Shown piece by piece: positions 1 to 12,469 of a stretch of 64,000 nt of DNA (position 1 is the first letter of the stretch; the number at the start of each line of letters is the position of its first letter). The notes beneath the pieces were generated by a model that worked only from the letters and a program-made list of their open reading frames with translations, searched no databases and was not told the DNA's origin. The stretch comes from Eledone cirrhosa (taxonomy: Eukaryota). Position numbers and translations under genes: made by a program. The DNA is taken from NCBI GenBank assembly GCA_964016885.1, contig OZ024740.1, positions 411,246,001 to 411,310,000 of the forward strand. Direction: 5' to 3'.

Positions 1-740
1 GGTGAGGCTGACCCTGTACCCATCTTTCTTTACCATTTGTTTGGCATTTTCTAAATCCTCCTGAGTTACCGTAAATGCTTCGAACTGTTTTGCTACTCTG
101 GCGAAACTGAGGGTGGTTTTTATAATGTCATTGTTGTTGTTGTTGCTATCGTTATTTGTGTTAATATAAATTTTAGTTTCAGTTGTGGTGGTGGTGACGT
201 CAGTCGTCTTTGGTGGGGAAGTGTCCATTTTGCTTGATTTCATTTCGACATCATGAGTTAATTTATTTTTTCTTCTTTTGTTTCTGTTGTCGCGGTGGTG
301 GTGGGGGTGGTGGTTGTCGCGGTGGTGGTGTTGGTGGAGGCTTTAACACCTGCAGTCATTGGTAAAGGCGGGAAATGAATGTCTGCCTGAGACAAATTTA
401 AAATATTGCTACTGCTTATATTTTTTTTTAGTGTTGGCAAACGTAGTAACATTTACAATGGTGGTGTCGGTGTGAGGTGTTAATTTGTGAGAAAGGCTTT
501 CAGCTGCTTGGTGCAGAGGTGAATTAGCCATTTTTTTTCAAAGAAATTTTTTGATAATAATAAAAGTTTAAATTTTTCGGCACAAGGCCCCAATCTTTTT
601 GGGTGTCCTTTTCGGAAAACAATGTATGTGCGCTTATAAACAGTTAACAATTAAATTTTCCATAAATGACAATTTTTAACAAACGGAAATAACAAACCTT
701 TGCGGAGCTCACGATGATACGATTTACTACGTAGGTCGCC
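1..740 (-). mobile_element. 5' end of a Tx1-clade LINE (family C): 5' UTR and degraded ORF1 start (ATG at 531); runs off the window
   Basis: Minus-strand translation near 1-110 gives SFARVAKQFEAFTVTQEDLENAKQMVRK, homologous to Tx1-A ORF1 SFAGIAKNLETILITNEELEEAKKMVSK. It has the same A-run+ATGGCT start, and its 5' end abuts (ATT)n. Confidence 0.75.

Positions 741-815
<75 letters not shown>
741..815. repeat. (AAT)n between head-to-head Tx1-C (-) and Dong A1 (+)
   Basis: Direct reading. Confidence 0.98.
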
Positions 816-3193
816 TGTTCGACAACAACCAGAAGATGCTGTTTGGACAGCTTGAGGGGAAAGAAAGAGGCAACGACTTGATCCCTGGGGCGGAGCAAAC
901 TAAAACATTCTGGAGAGGAATATGGGAGCAGGATGTTAGACACAATGCCCAGGCAGGGTCGATTGACACAGTACAGAGGGAGATCGGTGAGCAGGCACAA
1001 CAACAAACTGATTTGAGTATCACAGTTGAAACTCTTAAGGGGCAGGCAAAAAAACTAACCAACTGGAAATCACCAGGCCCAGATGGTGTGCAGGGGTATT
1101 GGATTAAACATTTAACATCCCTCCACCCGAAGCTGACGGCCATGTTCAATGACTGCTTGGTGTCGGGTGAGGTGCCAGAGTGGTTGACAAAAGGTACCAC
1201 AGTTCTGATAATGAAAGACCGAATCAAGGGTAATGATGTTACCAACTATAGACCTATCACATGCCTGTCCGTAATGTGGAAACTGTTGACGAGCATTGTG
1301 TCTGAGGAAATCTACCATCACCTCCACACAAACAACTTGTTACCGGACGAACAGAAAGGATGCCGAAAGAAGTCACGTGGTACAAAGGACCAGTTACTTA
1401 TTGATAAGATGGTAATGGGGAATTGCAGGAGGAGACACACTGATCTTGCCATGGGATGGATAGACTACAGAAAGGCATTTGACATGGTGCCTCATTCCTG
1501 GATCACCAAAAGCCTGGAGATCTTCAGGGTGGCAGATAACATCAGACAGTTGCTACGCAGGAGTATGGGGTCCTGGGAGACAGAGTTGACATCAACTGGA
1601 GTATCCTTGGGAAACGTGAAGATCAAGAGAGGTATCTTCCAGGGAGATAGCCTGTCCCCTCTGTTGTTTGTCCTTGCCCTGATGCCCTTGACCATTATGC
1701 TGCGAAAAGTGAGAGCAGGATACAAGTTGGGAAGGGGAGAGCTTACCATCAATCACCTCCTCTTCATGGACGATCTTAAGCTCTTCGGGAAAAGTGAGAA
1801 GGAGTTGGATGTGCTTGTTGACACTGTCCGTATTTTCAGCATTGATATATGTATGCAGTTTGGTATTGGTAAATGTGGAGTCATTGTGAGGAAGAGGGGT
1901 AGGTTGAGCAGAAGTAACGGGATCCAGATACCAACAGGTGAGATAATAAAGGAAATTGACTCTGAGGAAGGATACAAGTATTTGGGCGTTCTGGAGGCTG
2001 ATGGCATAAAGAACAAAAAAATGAAGGAATTGTTAAGAACTGAATACATTCGGAGCGTGTTGAAGTCACATCTGAACAGCAGAAATGCCATAAGCGTAGT
2101 AAATTTCCGAGCTGTGTCTATTATTAGGTACAGTGCGGGAATTCTGAGATGGAATGTTGCTGAACAAAAAGAAATGGATAGGAAGACTAGGAAGCTATTG
2201 ACTATCTACAACATGTTCCACAAGAGGAGTGATGTCGATAGACTCTACCTAAGGAGATCTGAGGGTGGAAGAGGTCTTATCAGCATAGAGGACTGTGTTC
2301 AGATGGAGAAAAACAACCTATACAAATACGTGACCTATAGTAAGGAGCCAATGCTCAGAACTGTACTGAAGGAGGGGACAGTAGGCCAGGGGATGTCCAA
2401 GGAGTAAATAACATCAAGGAGGAAGAGCAGCCTTAAGGGAAAATCCCTTCATAGTACCTTCTTTGAGAAAACTGAATTTAGAGATCCACAGACATGGAAC
2501 TGGTTGAGAAGAGGAGACCTCAAAAAGGCTACAGAAGGAATGCTAATGGCTGCGCAGGAGCAGGCCCTCAAAACGAAGTGGTTGAAGCACCATATCTACA
2601 AGGAAGAGGCTAGCCCACTGTGCAGGATCTGTGGAGAGAGAGAGGAGACTGTGGCTCACATTGTGTCCGAGTGTAAACACCTAGCCCAGACCCACTATAA
2701 GGGCTGGAGACACGATGTGATGGGCAGGGTGATCCACTGGCACCTGTGCAAAGTAAACAATTTACCACATTCTGAGAAATGGTATGAGCATAGGCCAGAG
2801 GCGGTGATGGAGAACAATCAGGTGAAGGTGCTGTGGGATTTTAGGATACAGACGGACAAAAAACTGGAACACAATAGACCTGACCTGGTGGTTGTGGACA
2901 AAGAAAAAAGATCGTGTCTGATTGTGGATGTGGCCTGCCCGTTCGACACGAGAGTGCAAGAGAAGGAGAGGGAGAAAATTAACCGATACCAGGACCTAAA
3001 GTGGGAGGTGAAAAGAATTTGGAACTGCCATGAAGTCAAAGTGATCCCGATTGTCATAGGCGCACTGGGGACTATCTCCAAAAGTTTCCAGGGATGGTTA
3101 AAGAAAATCGGCCCCTTCACGCTTTTTGGAACGCTTCAAAAGGCATGCTTGCTTGGAACAGCAAGAACCCTCCGATACGTCCTGAATATCTGA
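816..3193 (+). pseudogene. Dong A1 RT-zinc knuckle-RLE ORF, premature TAA at 2405-2407
   Basis: ORFs 815..2407 and 2504..3193 share a frame and are split by GAA>TAA. Confidence 0.9.
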
Positions 3194-3267
3194 GGCTGCA
3201 GGTAGTGGCTTGATATTCAATCCAACGGACTTTCCAGTTAACCAACATCAATGACTGAGATTAAAGG
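816..3267 (+). mobile_element. R4/Dong-clade non-LTR retrotransposon, family A copy 1, 5'-truncated
   Basis: RT motifs (YRPITCL, IDYRKAFD, GIFQGDSLSP, LFMDD), CCHC CRIC-x8-H-x4-C, RHD, and RLE RPD...D..CP...EK..RY; 74-nt 3' UTR, then (AAT)n. Confidence 0.93.
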
Positions 3268-3407
<140 letters not shown>

Positions 3408-4278
3408 ATATTTGTTACCACTTCACTGCCCAAATATTTCTATAAAATAATTCTAAGATTGTCTGGTCTGTCATAAATCAGGTATGTCCCTAAATGAACT
3501 GTTTCGGCAATACTACCTCTGCCTCATGAAAATATGTGATATTAAATTGCTGCCTTTTCAATTTTGTGAAACATATCTGAATTGGTGCCTCATAACTTAG
3601 TTTACTTGCCATTTCTTACTTTAGATTTGAACAAGCTAGCAATATGTATTTCCCACGCAACATATGTTAATCAACTGTAACGTTTCAACAAACTATCGCA
3701 TTCACTGATCAATTCCCAACACACATAGTAAACACCCACCTAGCAAATATCTAATATTTTTGCATAGACGAACATTCGATGAACGTGTTATTGAATTATT
3801 TAACTCACTATCAAATGATTAATCATATCTTGATATTCTTTCCTATATATTTAGGTATATATTGTGACGTTGCTGGCCTTCATTAACCGTTCAAATAATC
3901 AGAAAAATGATAGCCAGCGGTTCTATTCAAGAAGCTTCATAAGCCACCTCGAAGGGACGACAGTAAAAAACTTCGCGTACCGTTCATTGAAATCAAAGTA
4001 AAGCAAATGTTACGAAATATGAAACTTTTGTCATTTCTGTGGAGACAGACGGTAGTTGGCATATTCAGCCATTTCCGGAAAGCATGAAGTCGTAAATATC
4101 ATAAATCGATAAAAAGCTCCGGAGAATAAAGGAAAGTTTACGTGAACTAGATAGCTAAAACGAAGCAGATAATCAGACAAAAACACATCTCACAGAAAAA
4201 TTACTCCAGCTAAATCTTCGGCAGCTAGAAATGTTAACGTAGAATACATTCACCACTTCTCTCTTTCTCTCGATATGC

Positions 4279-4282
<4 letters not shown>

Positions 4283-4321
<39 letters not shown>

Positions 4322-4640
4322 TGTGTCTGTGTGTGTGTGAGTGTGTGTGTGGGGTGGGGTTTGTAAAATTGCGCATGCACACACTCACACACATACATAT
4401 ATATACATATATGTATATATGTATATATATATCTGTGTGTGAGTGTGTGCATGCGTAATTTTACAAACACACACGCACATGTATATATACATATATATAC
4501 ATATATGTATATATATGTATATATATATACATATATGTATATATATGTATATATACATGTGTGTGTGTGTGTTTGTAAAATTACGCATGCACACACTCAC
4601 ATTTTTCATTTATATATATGTATATATATATATATATATA
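4283..4640. repeat. (TA)n/(TG)n tract with three alternating-orientation copies of a ~30-bp unit
   Basis: GTTTGTAAAATTRCGCATGCACACACTCAC at ~4359 (+), ~4439 (-) and ~4571 (+). Confidence 0.85.
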
Positions 4641-4649
4641 AACAATAGT

Positions 4650-5200
4650 AATAAATGGAAAATAGCACTATACCATCATATTTATTTTATTATACATATT
4701 TCAAGGATACTACATTTTAGTATGCTTTCATCAGATAAAATACAATATTTGATGTATAAGATAGTGACATACCCAAAGTATAAACCTCCAACGTCACCTT
4801 ACAATCTGTATATGAAATAGAATCTCATCAACAAAGCATATAACTGATTGTTTATATATGCACGGCGACTAATGGTAATATTTTCAACCTGCTCTGACGG
4901 TATATATATTTATTGATGACAATATATTAACAAACATTTCTCTGAGGAGCCTATGCGGGTGAAACATTATGTAAGATTTATATAAAGAACTTGTTTTAAC
5001 GGCTAGTAACTCCTTCATTCATTCATTTGCTTATACCTGCTCTGCTTGAACAATCTACTAAATATTAAATCTTCCCTAATATTTAACTCTGCTAACCCAA
5101 GCATTGAGCACATTTCATTTCGGCTATTGGCATTTAGTAATCCGTATCGCACTTCTCTGTATCTCTCTATTTCCTCCTCTCCTACGATACATATTTTCTA
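4650..5200 (+). mobile_element. Degraded Penelope-like element 3' remnant
   Basis: Eroded K..KYKP...PYNLY segment resembling the GIY-YIG C-terminal PCNLC motif, followed by a hammerhead motif. Confidence 0.45.
4937..4976 (+). ncRNA. Minimal type I hammerhead ribozyme motif
   Basis: TCT-CTGAGGA-GCCT atgc GGGT-GAAAC attat GTA-AGA: core, stem II, short stem III and 3-bp stem I. Confidence 0.7.
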
Positions 5201-5227
5201 TTATATATATATATATACACACACACG

Positions 5228-5302
<75 letters not shown>

Positions 5303-5409
5303 TCTTTGACAAATATATCAATATGCCCAGACACGCAGATATGGCAGTGTGGTTTTAGCCTTGGTATGACAGTGTGGTTTTAACTCAATGTAGGATAACT
5401 AGTATACTA

Positions 5410-6185
5410 CAGCCGTTATATTTATAGGAAGAACCAAAGAGTGCTTAGAAATACATCGTTTTATTTGCTAACAGTGTTTCATCCATACCCCATGGCAGGA
5501 ATCATCAGAGCCTATAAACAAGAGGATATCAATAGTTGCATGCTCCACCGAGCCGTGTCACCAGAACAAGGTTAAAGGACCAGCAGGTGGGTCCCGAGCC
5601 ACCGCTATATGGAAAAAGACAGAATACATGATGCACATAATGTCATAAAATGTCTTTAAAAATTACATCAAAAATTAAAAATTAAAAATTACACCAAACA
5701 TTTATCACTTAAATGGTGCAATAGATGATAAAGAGGTTGGGAGAGGCTAGCAAGGGATGAGTGAAGGTATTACTCAGCATGGTCAGAAACAATTAAAAAA
5801 ATAATAAAAAAGTACAAAAATACAGAGATAACAAAATAGATAAATATAAAAATATACAACAATAAAGGAACATAAAGCCCGACCGCCCCCCCCCCCATAC
5901 AAATATAAAACAAAGCAAAGCATAGATACATCAAAGCACAAGCAGTGCAAAACAGGGTGTACAGGCAGATTAAGAGAATTTGCAAGCATGAGTCTGTGAG
6001 TAGAATAGTTGGTTAGCAGTGGTGCAGTCTTACATGTATTATAGTCCATATGAGGGATGGTGTACTCCAATTATATCGCCTTGTAACCGGTAGATTCTCC
6101 TTATCATATCAGCACCCTACTCTATGGATGAAACATTGTTAGCCAATAAAACAATGTATTTCTAAGCACTCTTTGGTTATTACTA

Positions 6186-6190
<5 letters not shown>
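5410..6190 (-). mobile_element. Penelope-like pLTR remnant with inverted partial terminal copy
   Basis: ~5430-5487 is the reverse complement of ~6123-6180; it contains the hammerhead. Confidence 0.55.
5467..5510 (-). ncRNA. Minimal type I hammerhead ribozyme motif
   Basis: Minus strand GCT-CTGATGA-TTCC tgccatgggtat GGAT-GAAAC act GTT-AGC. Confidence 0.7.
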
Positions 6191-6246
<56 letters not shown>

Positions 6247-6356
6247 TATGTATATATATATATATATATATATCAAAGGAATAGTGGTAAGGAACCATAT
6301 GGACCATAACGCACCAGAATACGCAATACTTAGGGTAGTAGAGTGGGAAATAGGAA

Positions 6357-7650
6357 AAAGTATGACCTCGACGGCAGAGCTCAAGCCGTTTCGACGGCTA
6401 TTTCTGGACTAAATTAGAATTTTTAGTCCGGTGAATAAATAGCCGAACTTGTCAAGGGGGTACTTCCTTATATTGGAAGATTGTAGTTGTGAAGAGTATT
6501 GGTTAGAATTTGTTGTAAACACAAATATGTCTATCATGGCATTTGGTGGGAGGTAGGGGTGGTTGAACTTTCCTGTAGAACAATAGGGAGTGAGTGGAGC
6601 GGTCAAGCGTTGAAAGTGATATGTATACAGCACATTCTAAGGATAGTGTATGAAGTGGAGGTCTTACTGTCCAAAGCTAACTATTACACGGGAGGACGCC
6701 GTCCGTGTAACTTATGCTCGGAGGAAACATTACAAATGCTGTTTTCGAAGGACCAACTCCTAAACAAGAAAAGCGAACTGGTAACCGCATGCAAATACAG
6801 ATTGCGTAGGACTTACATCGCCCTCAAACCCCATAACGACACGGGTGGGTAGACAAGGGCTGATACCCCCCCCCCCCCCCCATCACTTGCCGAATAAGTT
6901 AGAGGAAACCCCAGCTTACATAGTTAGATGTATCTCTTTTCTTTTCCTCTTTGTCTTCTTCCCCCCTGTCTCATCCTATCACTTCTTTTCACCCCCTATT
7001 TTCTTCCTCGTCTGCCTTTCCCCCTTCGCCTACCCCGATGCAGCCCATCGGGCCTCTGTAGCATCAGTTTCCCCACCCCTGTAATTTTAAGATAGAAATG
7101 GCCGAATACGTTTTACTAACTACTTATAGCAGACGTGTTAAACCCCTTTAATTTTGTATCAGTTTTGTTACTACTCAATTTCTACAAGTGTTTTATATTC
7201 TCAACTTATTAACCTATAATTGTAAGATAGCATTGTGATTTTTCTATTCATTTCTCACTATCTAATTTTATATATTTTTTTATTTATTTCTATTATCTTT
7301 TATTGTCTCCTACTCTCATTCGATTTATCTATTCTATAACCTCCCTCCTCCACTTCATACACTATCCTTAGAATTTGCTGTATACATTTCACTTTCAACG
7401 CATGACCGCTCCACTCACTCCCTATTGTTCTACAGGCAGGTTCAGCCACCCTACCTCCCACCAAATGCCATGATAGACTTATTTGTGTTTACAACAAATT
7501 CTAACCAATACTCTTCACAACTACAATCTTCCAATATAAGGAAGTACCCTCTTGACAAGTTCGGCTATATATTCACCAGGCTAAAAATTCTATGTTATTC
7601 CAGAAATAACCGTCGAAACGGCTTGAGCTCTGCCGTCGGGGTCATACTTT
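6357..7650 (+). mobile_element. 5'-truncated Penelope-like element with ~305-bp inverted arms (6357-6661 / 7347-7650)
   Basis: The left arm is followed directly by SKANYYTGGRRPCNLCSEE...LLNKKSELVTACKYR (GIY-YIG C-terminus); an inverted 3'-UTR copy upstream is the typical PLE layout. Confidence 0.8.
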
Positions 7651-7769
7651 GATATATATATATATATATATATGACCAAATGTTAATAATGTTCATTGAT
7701 TACTCAATGAATATAGTTTTACAATAGATTAAAAGCACTCATTAGAGAAGTTTTTGGAGTTATTAATAT

Positions 7770-7893
7770 TATTCAAGATATAAATATTACTCTAACTTTA
7801 ATAGACACACAGTTAAACTTTCTTACTCAACAACCATGAATATTGCTCAAAATATTGCAAAAATTAATAGCAAAATTCTTAATTCAAACCAAC

Positions 7894-7895
<2 letters not shown>
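7770..7895 (+). pseudogene. Penelope-like ORF fragment ending at the (AAT)n run
   Basis: KYYSNFNRHTVKLSYSTTMNIAQNIAKINSKIL matches KYSKCFNRNTIKISYSTTPNLAHNITASNLAKL of the PLE at 63.1-63.6 kb. Confidence 0.7.

Positions 7896-7896
<1 letters not shown>

Positions 7897-7957
<61 letters not shown>
7897..7957. repeat. (AAT)n upstream of Dong A2
   Basis: Direct reading. Confidence 0.97.
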
Positions 7958-7958
<1 letters not shown>

Positions 7959-10900
7959 TAAGTTTTGAATTTTTAACATATTTAAATCATTTGTGAAATA
8001 ATAACTCTTAGTACAAATGCTACGTAAAGCACCCGGCTTGAGCCCCCAAAAATTCGGACCCAAAATATATTGTTATAAGGCTCAAATATTCAAATATTCA
8101 ACTTTGTATTGTACACTGTATATCCAAAAAAAAAAAAAAATGGCTATAAATGGAAGAAGAAGAACCCCCCCCCCCCCTCCTCTCCTCTGGCTACACTATA
8201 TAGGACAGCTAAACTTACCACCACCAGAAACTAGATACACCACCCACCCCATCATCTGTGTACACTAAACACAACAGCCAGATAACGACATTTTCACCTT
8301 CACCGCCACCGCTCAATACGGCCATCATTACCACCACTATCCCATCACCGCCGCCACCACCCCTTGACTCCATCACTGCTGCCACCGCTACAGCACCATC
8401 ACTACAGTAATACGGTCGCATCACCGCCACCACTGCCTCGGTATCGACATCACCACCACCACTGTCTCAGTATCGCTACCGCCGCCAGTCTCCCACTTCT
8501 CCCTGCTGGCTGCTACTTCCACATTATAGAATTCCTACTACTAACAAAGAGGAAGGCATCAAAATATATAGATAGACTCAAAAGAAAAAAGAAAAAACAA
8601 ACAACAAAACCAAAGCAGCACAGCAACAACAGCAAAAACGAGAAAAACAAACAGAGAAAAACAAAAACAAAAAAAGAAACCCCAAAAACGTAAAGAAAAT
8701 AAGAATGAAGAGAGAAGCAGGCGGACGGACAGAGAAGAGGGGGGAAAAAGTAAAACTTAAAAAACAAAAACTAAGTCAGACATTCGAATACTACATTACA
8801 ATGAAACTTATGCTTATTCATTTTTGGGGCCCTTTCTGCCCGTGTGTTTGTTTGTTTATGTGTGTTCGTATACAGCGTGGTGATAATGCCACACAAGGGC
8901 CAAGTGGGATGGCGGATCCACAGATGGCTATGTAAACATACATTCGCCAATCCTCGATAGGAGTGTTTAAATATCGAACATAAACAATTCGAATAACGGT
9001 GAAATGGAGACTAGAACGTCATGTGACAGACTCTCACCCAACAGGTGCCCCCTGGCTCAGCAGCAGGAACCTGACTGTCAACCAAATACTGCTGATGTTG
9101 GAGGAAGAAGAAGAAGGAAAGGGGCCAGAACCAACTGGACGAAAGAATTGAATAGAACTGTTATGCAATGCTACCTGAAAAGTAACCCCAAGGAGAGGGG
9201 CTACAGGAGACGGATGCATAACATCTGGAACGAGATTGGTTTATTTAAATTAGATGAACAAAAATTGGCCGGGCAGGCTCGGGTAATAAGAACTAATGGG
9301 TGGATAAGTGAGCTGGAACTGGAGGAACTGAGCAGAGAGATTAGCTTGGAGATGGAGGGTGGAGTATGCCAGGCAAACGAGCCAGTGGGAAATGAAGGTG
9401 AGGAGGTCCTGAGAACGGAGGAACCACCCGAAGCAGACAATGATCTGAATACTGAGATAAATAATACCTGGAACAGAGATACGGCAACTGAGGAGATGAA
9501 TGCTGACGGGCTAGGACAAGATTCGGTTGACATCCTAAATTTAGTGGTAGATGAATTGAACAATGATAGTGGGAGACCTATGAACCTAAGATTTGTAGAC
9601 AGGAAAAAGTTAAAAGAAACAACAGCTAAGGTAAACAAAGTCATCCCGTACCTTGAGGCGAGGAGCCTTCACCAGTGCAACAATATCCTCAAAGTAACAG
9701 CAAATACGGTGAGGAAACTACTTGGTATAAAAGCGAGAGGATTCAACAGACAAGAAAGAGCAGAGCCTTGGTGGAAGAAGCGACTGAGTGGTCAAATTAG
9801 GGAAATGAGATATGACATTGGAAAGCTTGAGTCACTACTGACTGGGACACTGAAAAACATAGGGACTAAAAATAGACTGGAAATAAAGAACAAAACTAGG
9901 AGGAAAAAGCTAGATATTATCATAGAGGAACTGAAGCAACGCATTGTAGCAAAGAGTGCAAAAATTAGGCGATACGAGAACAGAGTCAGTCAGTATAAAC
10001 AGAACCGCATGTTCGACAACAACCAGAAGAGGCTGTTTGGACAGCTTGAGGGGAAAGAAAGATGCAACGACTTGATCCCTGAGGCGGAACAAACTAAAAC
10101 ATTCTGGAGAGGAATATGGGAGCAGGATGTTAGACATAATGACCAGGCAGGGTGGATTGAGACAGTACAGAGGGAGATCGGTGAGCAGGCACACCAACAA
10201 ACTGATTTGAGTATCACAGTTGAAACTCTTAAGGGGCAGGCAAAAAAACTAACCAACTGGAAATCACCAGGCCCAGATGGTGTGCAGGGGTATGGGATTA
10301 AAAATATAAAATCCCTCCACCCGAAATTGACAACCATGTTCAATGACTGCTTGATGTCAGGTGAGGTACCAGAGTGGTTGACAAAAGGTACCACAGTTCT
10401 GATAATGAAAGACCGAATCAAGGGTAATGATGTTACCAACTATAGACCTATCACATGTCTGTCCGTAATGTGGAAACTGTTGACGAGCATAGTGTCTGAG
10501 GAAATCTACCATCACCTCCACACAAACAACTTGTTACCGGACGAACAGAAAGGATGCCGAAAGAAGTCACGTGGTACAAAGGACCAGTTATTTATTGATA
10601 AGATGGTAATGGGGAATTGCAGGAGGAGACACACTGATCTTGCCATGGGATGGATAGACTACAGAAAGGCATTTGACATGGTGCCTCACTCTTGGATCAC
10701 CAAAAGCCTGGAGATCTTCAAGGTGGCAGATAACATCAGACAGTTGTTGGGCAAGAGTATGAGGTCCTGGGAAACAGAGTTGACATCAACTGGAGAATCC
10801 TTGGGAAGCAGAAAGATCATGAGAGGTATCTTCCAGGGAGAGTCTGTCCCCTCTGTTGTTTGTCCTTGCCCTGATGCCCCTGACCAGTGTACTGCGAAAA

Positions 10901-12386
10901 GTGAGAGCAGGATACGTGTTGGGAAAGGGAGGGCTTACCATCAATCACCTCCTCTTCATGGACGATCTTAAGCTCTTCGGGAAGAGTGAGAAGGAGTTGG
11001 ATGTGCTTGTTGACACTGTCCGTATTTTCAGCAGTGATATATGTATGCAGTTTGGTATTAGTAAGTGTGGAGTCATTGTGATGAGGAGAGGTAGGTTGAG
11101 CAGAAGTAACGGAATCCAGATACCAACAGGTGAGATGATAAAGGAAATTGACTCTGAGGAAGGATACAAGTATTTGGGCGTTCTGGAGGCTGATGGCATA
11201 AAGAACAAAAAAATGAAGGAATTGTTAAGAACTGTGTCTATTATTAGGTACAGTGCGGGAATTCTGAGATGGAATGTTGCTGAACAAAAAGAAATGGATA
11301 GGAAGACTAGGAAGCTATTGACTATCTACAACATGTTCCACAAGAGGAGTGATGTCGATAGACTCTACCTAAGGAGATCTGAAGGTGGAAGAGGTCTTAT
11401 CAGCATAGAGGACTGTGTTCAGATGGAGAAAAACAACCTACACAAATACGTGACTGATAGTAAGGAGCCAATGCTCAGAACTGTACCGAAGGAGGGGACA
11501 ATAGGCCAGGGGATGTCCAAGGAGTAAATAAAATCAAGGAGAAAGAGCAGCCTTCAGGAAAAATCCCTTCATAGTACCTTCTTTGAGAAAACTGAATTTA
11601 GAGATCCACAGACATGGAACTGGCTGAGAAGAGGAGACCTTAAAAAGGGTACAGAAGGAATGTTAATGGCTGCACAGGAGCAGGCCCTCAAAACGAAGTG
11701 GTTGAACCACCATATTTACAAGGAGGAGGCTAGCCCACTGTGTAGGATCTGTGGAGAGAGAGAGGAGACTGTGGCTCACATTGTATCCGAGTGTAAACAC
11801 CCAGCCCAGACCCACTATAAGGGCTGGAGAGATGATGTGATGGTCAGGGTGATCCACTGGCACCTATGCAAAGTAAACAATTTACCACATTCTGAGAAGT
11901 GGCATGAGCATAAGCCAGAGGCGGTGATGGAGAACGATTAGGTGAAGGTGCTCTGGGATTTTAGGATACAGACGGACAAGAAACTGGAACACAATAGACC
12001 TGACCTGGTGGTTGTGGACAAAGAAAAAAGATCGTGTCTGATTGTGGATGTGGCCTGCCCATTCGACACGAGAGTGCAAGAGAAGGAGAGGGAGAAAATT
12101 AACCGATACCAGGACTTAAAGTGGGAGGTAAAAAGGATTTGGAACTGCCATGAAGTCAAAGTGATCCCGATCGTCATAGGCGCACTGGGGACTATCTCCA
12201 AACGTTTCCAGGGATTGTTAAAGAAAATCGGCCCCTTCACGCTTTTTGGAACGCTTCAAAAGGCATGCTTGCTGGGAACACCAAGAACCCTCCGTTACGT
12301 CCTGAATATCTGAGGCTGCAGGTAGTGGCTTGATATTCATTCCAACGGAATTTCCAGTTAACTAACATCAATGATTGAGATTCAAG

Positions 12387-12387
<1 letters not shown>
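7958..12387 (+). mobile_element. Dong family A copy 2, near full length, with ~1-kb 5' leader
   Basis: Leader is homologous to 20570-21430; single long ORF with N-terminal W..N..VMQCY..S.P..RGY region, RT, CCHC and RLE; (AAT)n on both sides. Confidence 0.9.
9004..12313 (+). pseudogene. Dong A2 ORF (frameshift ~10840, 81-nt deletion ~11233, stops at 11525 and 11939)
   Basis: ORF pieces 9004..10971, 10856..11527, 11660..11941 and 11942..12313. Confidence 0.9.

Positions 12388-12468
<81 letters not shown>
12388..12468. repeat. (AAT)n between A2 and A3
   Basis: Direct reading. Confidence 0.98.

Positions 12469-12469
<1 letters not shown>

Noticed and set aside
1760-1775. FMDD in place of YxDD in the RT
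   Set aside because: A common variant in R4/Dong RTs; not evidence of a novel enzyme.
8880-9010. HDV-like ribozyme upstream of the Dong ORF (TCCTCG loop-like motif)
   Set aside because: No consistent P1/P3/P1.1 pairing could be built across A2, A4 and A5; a descriptor search is needed.
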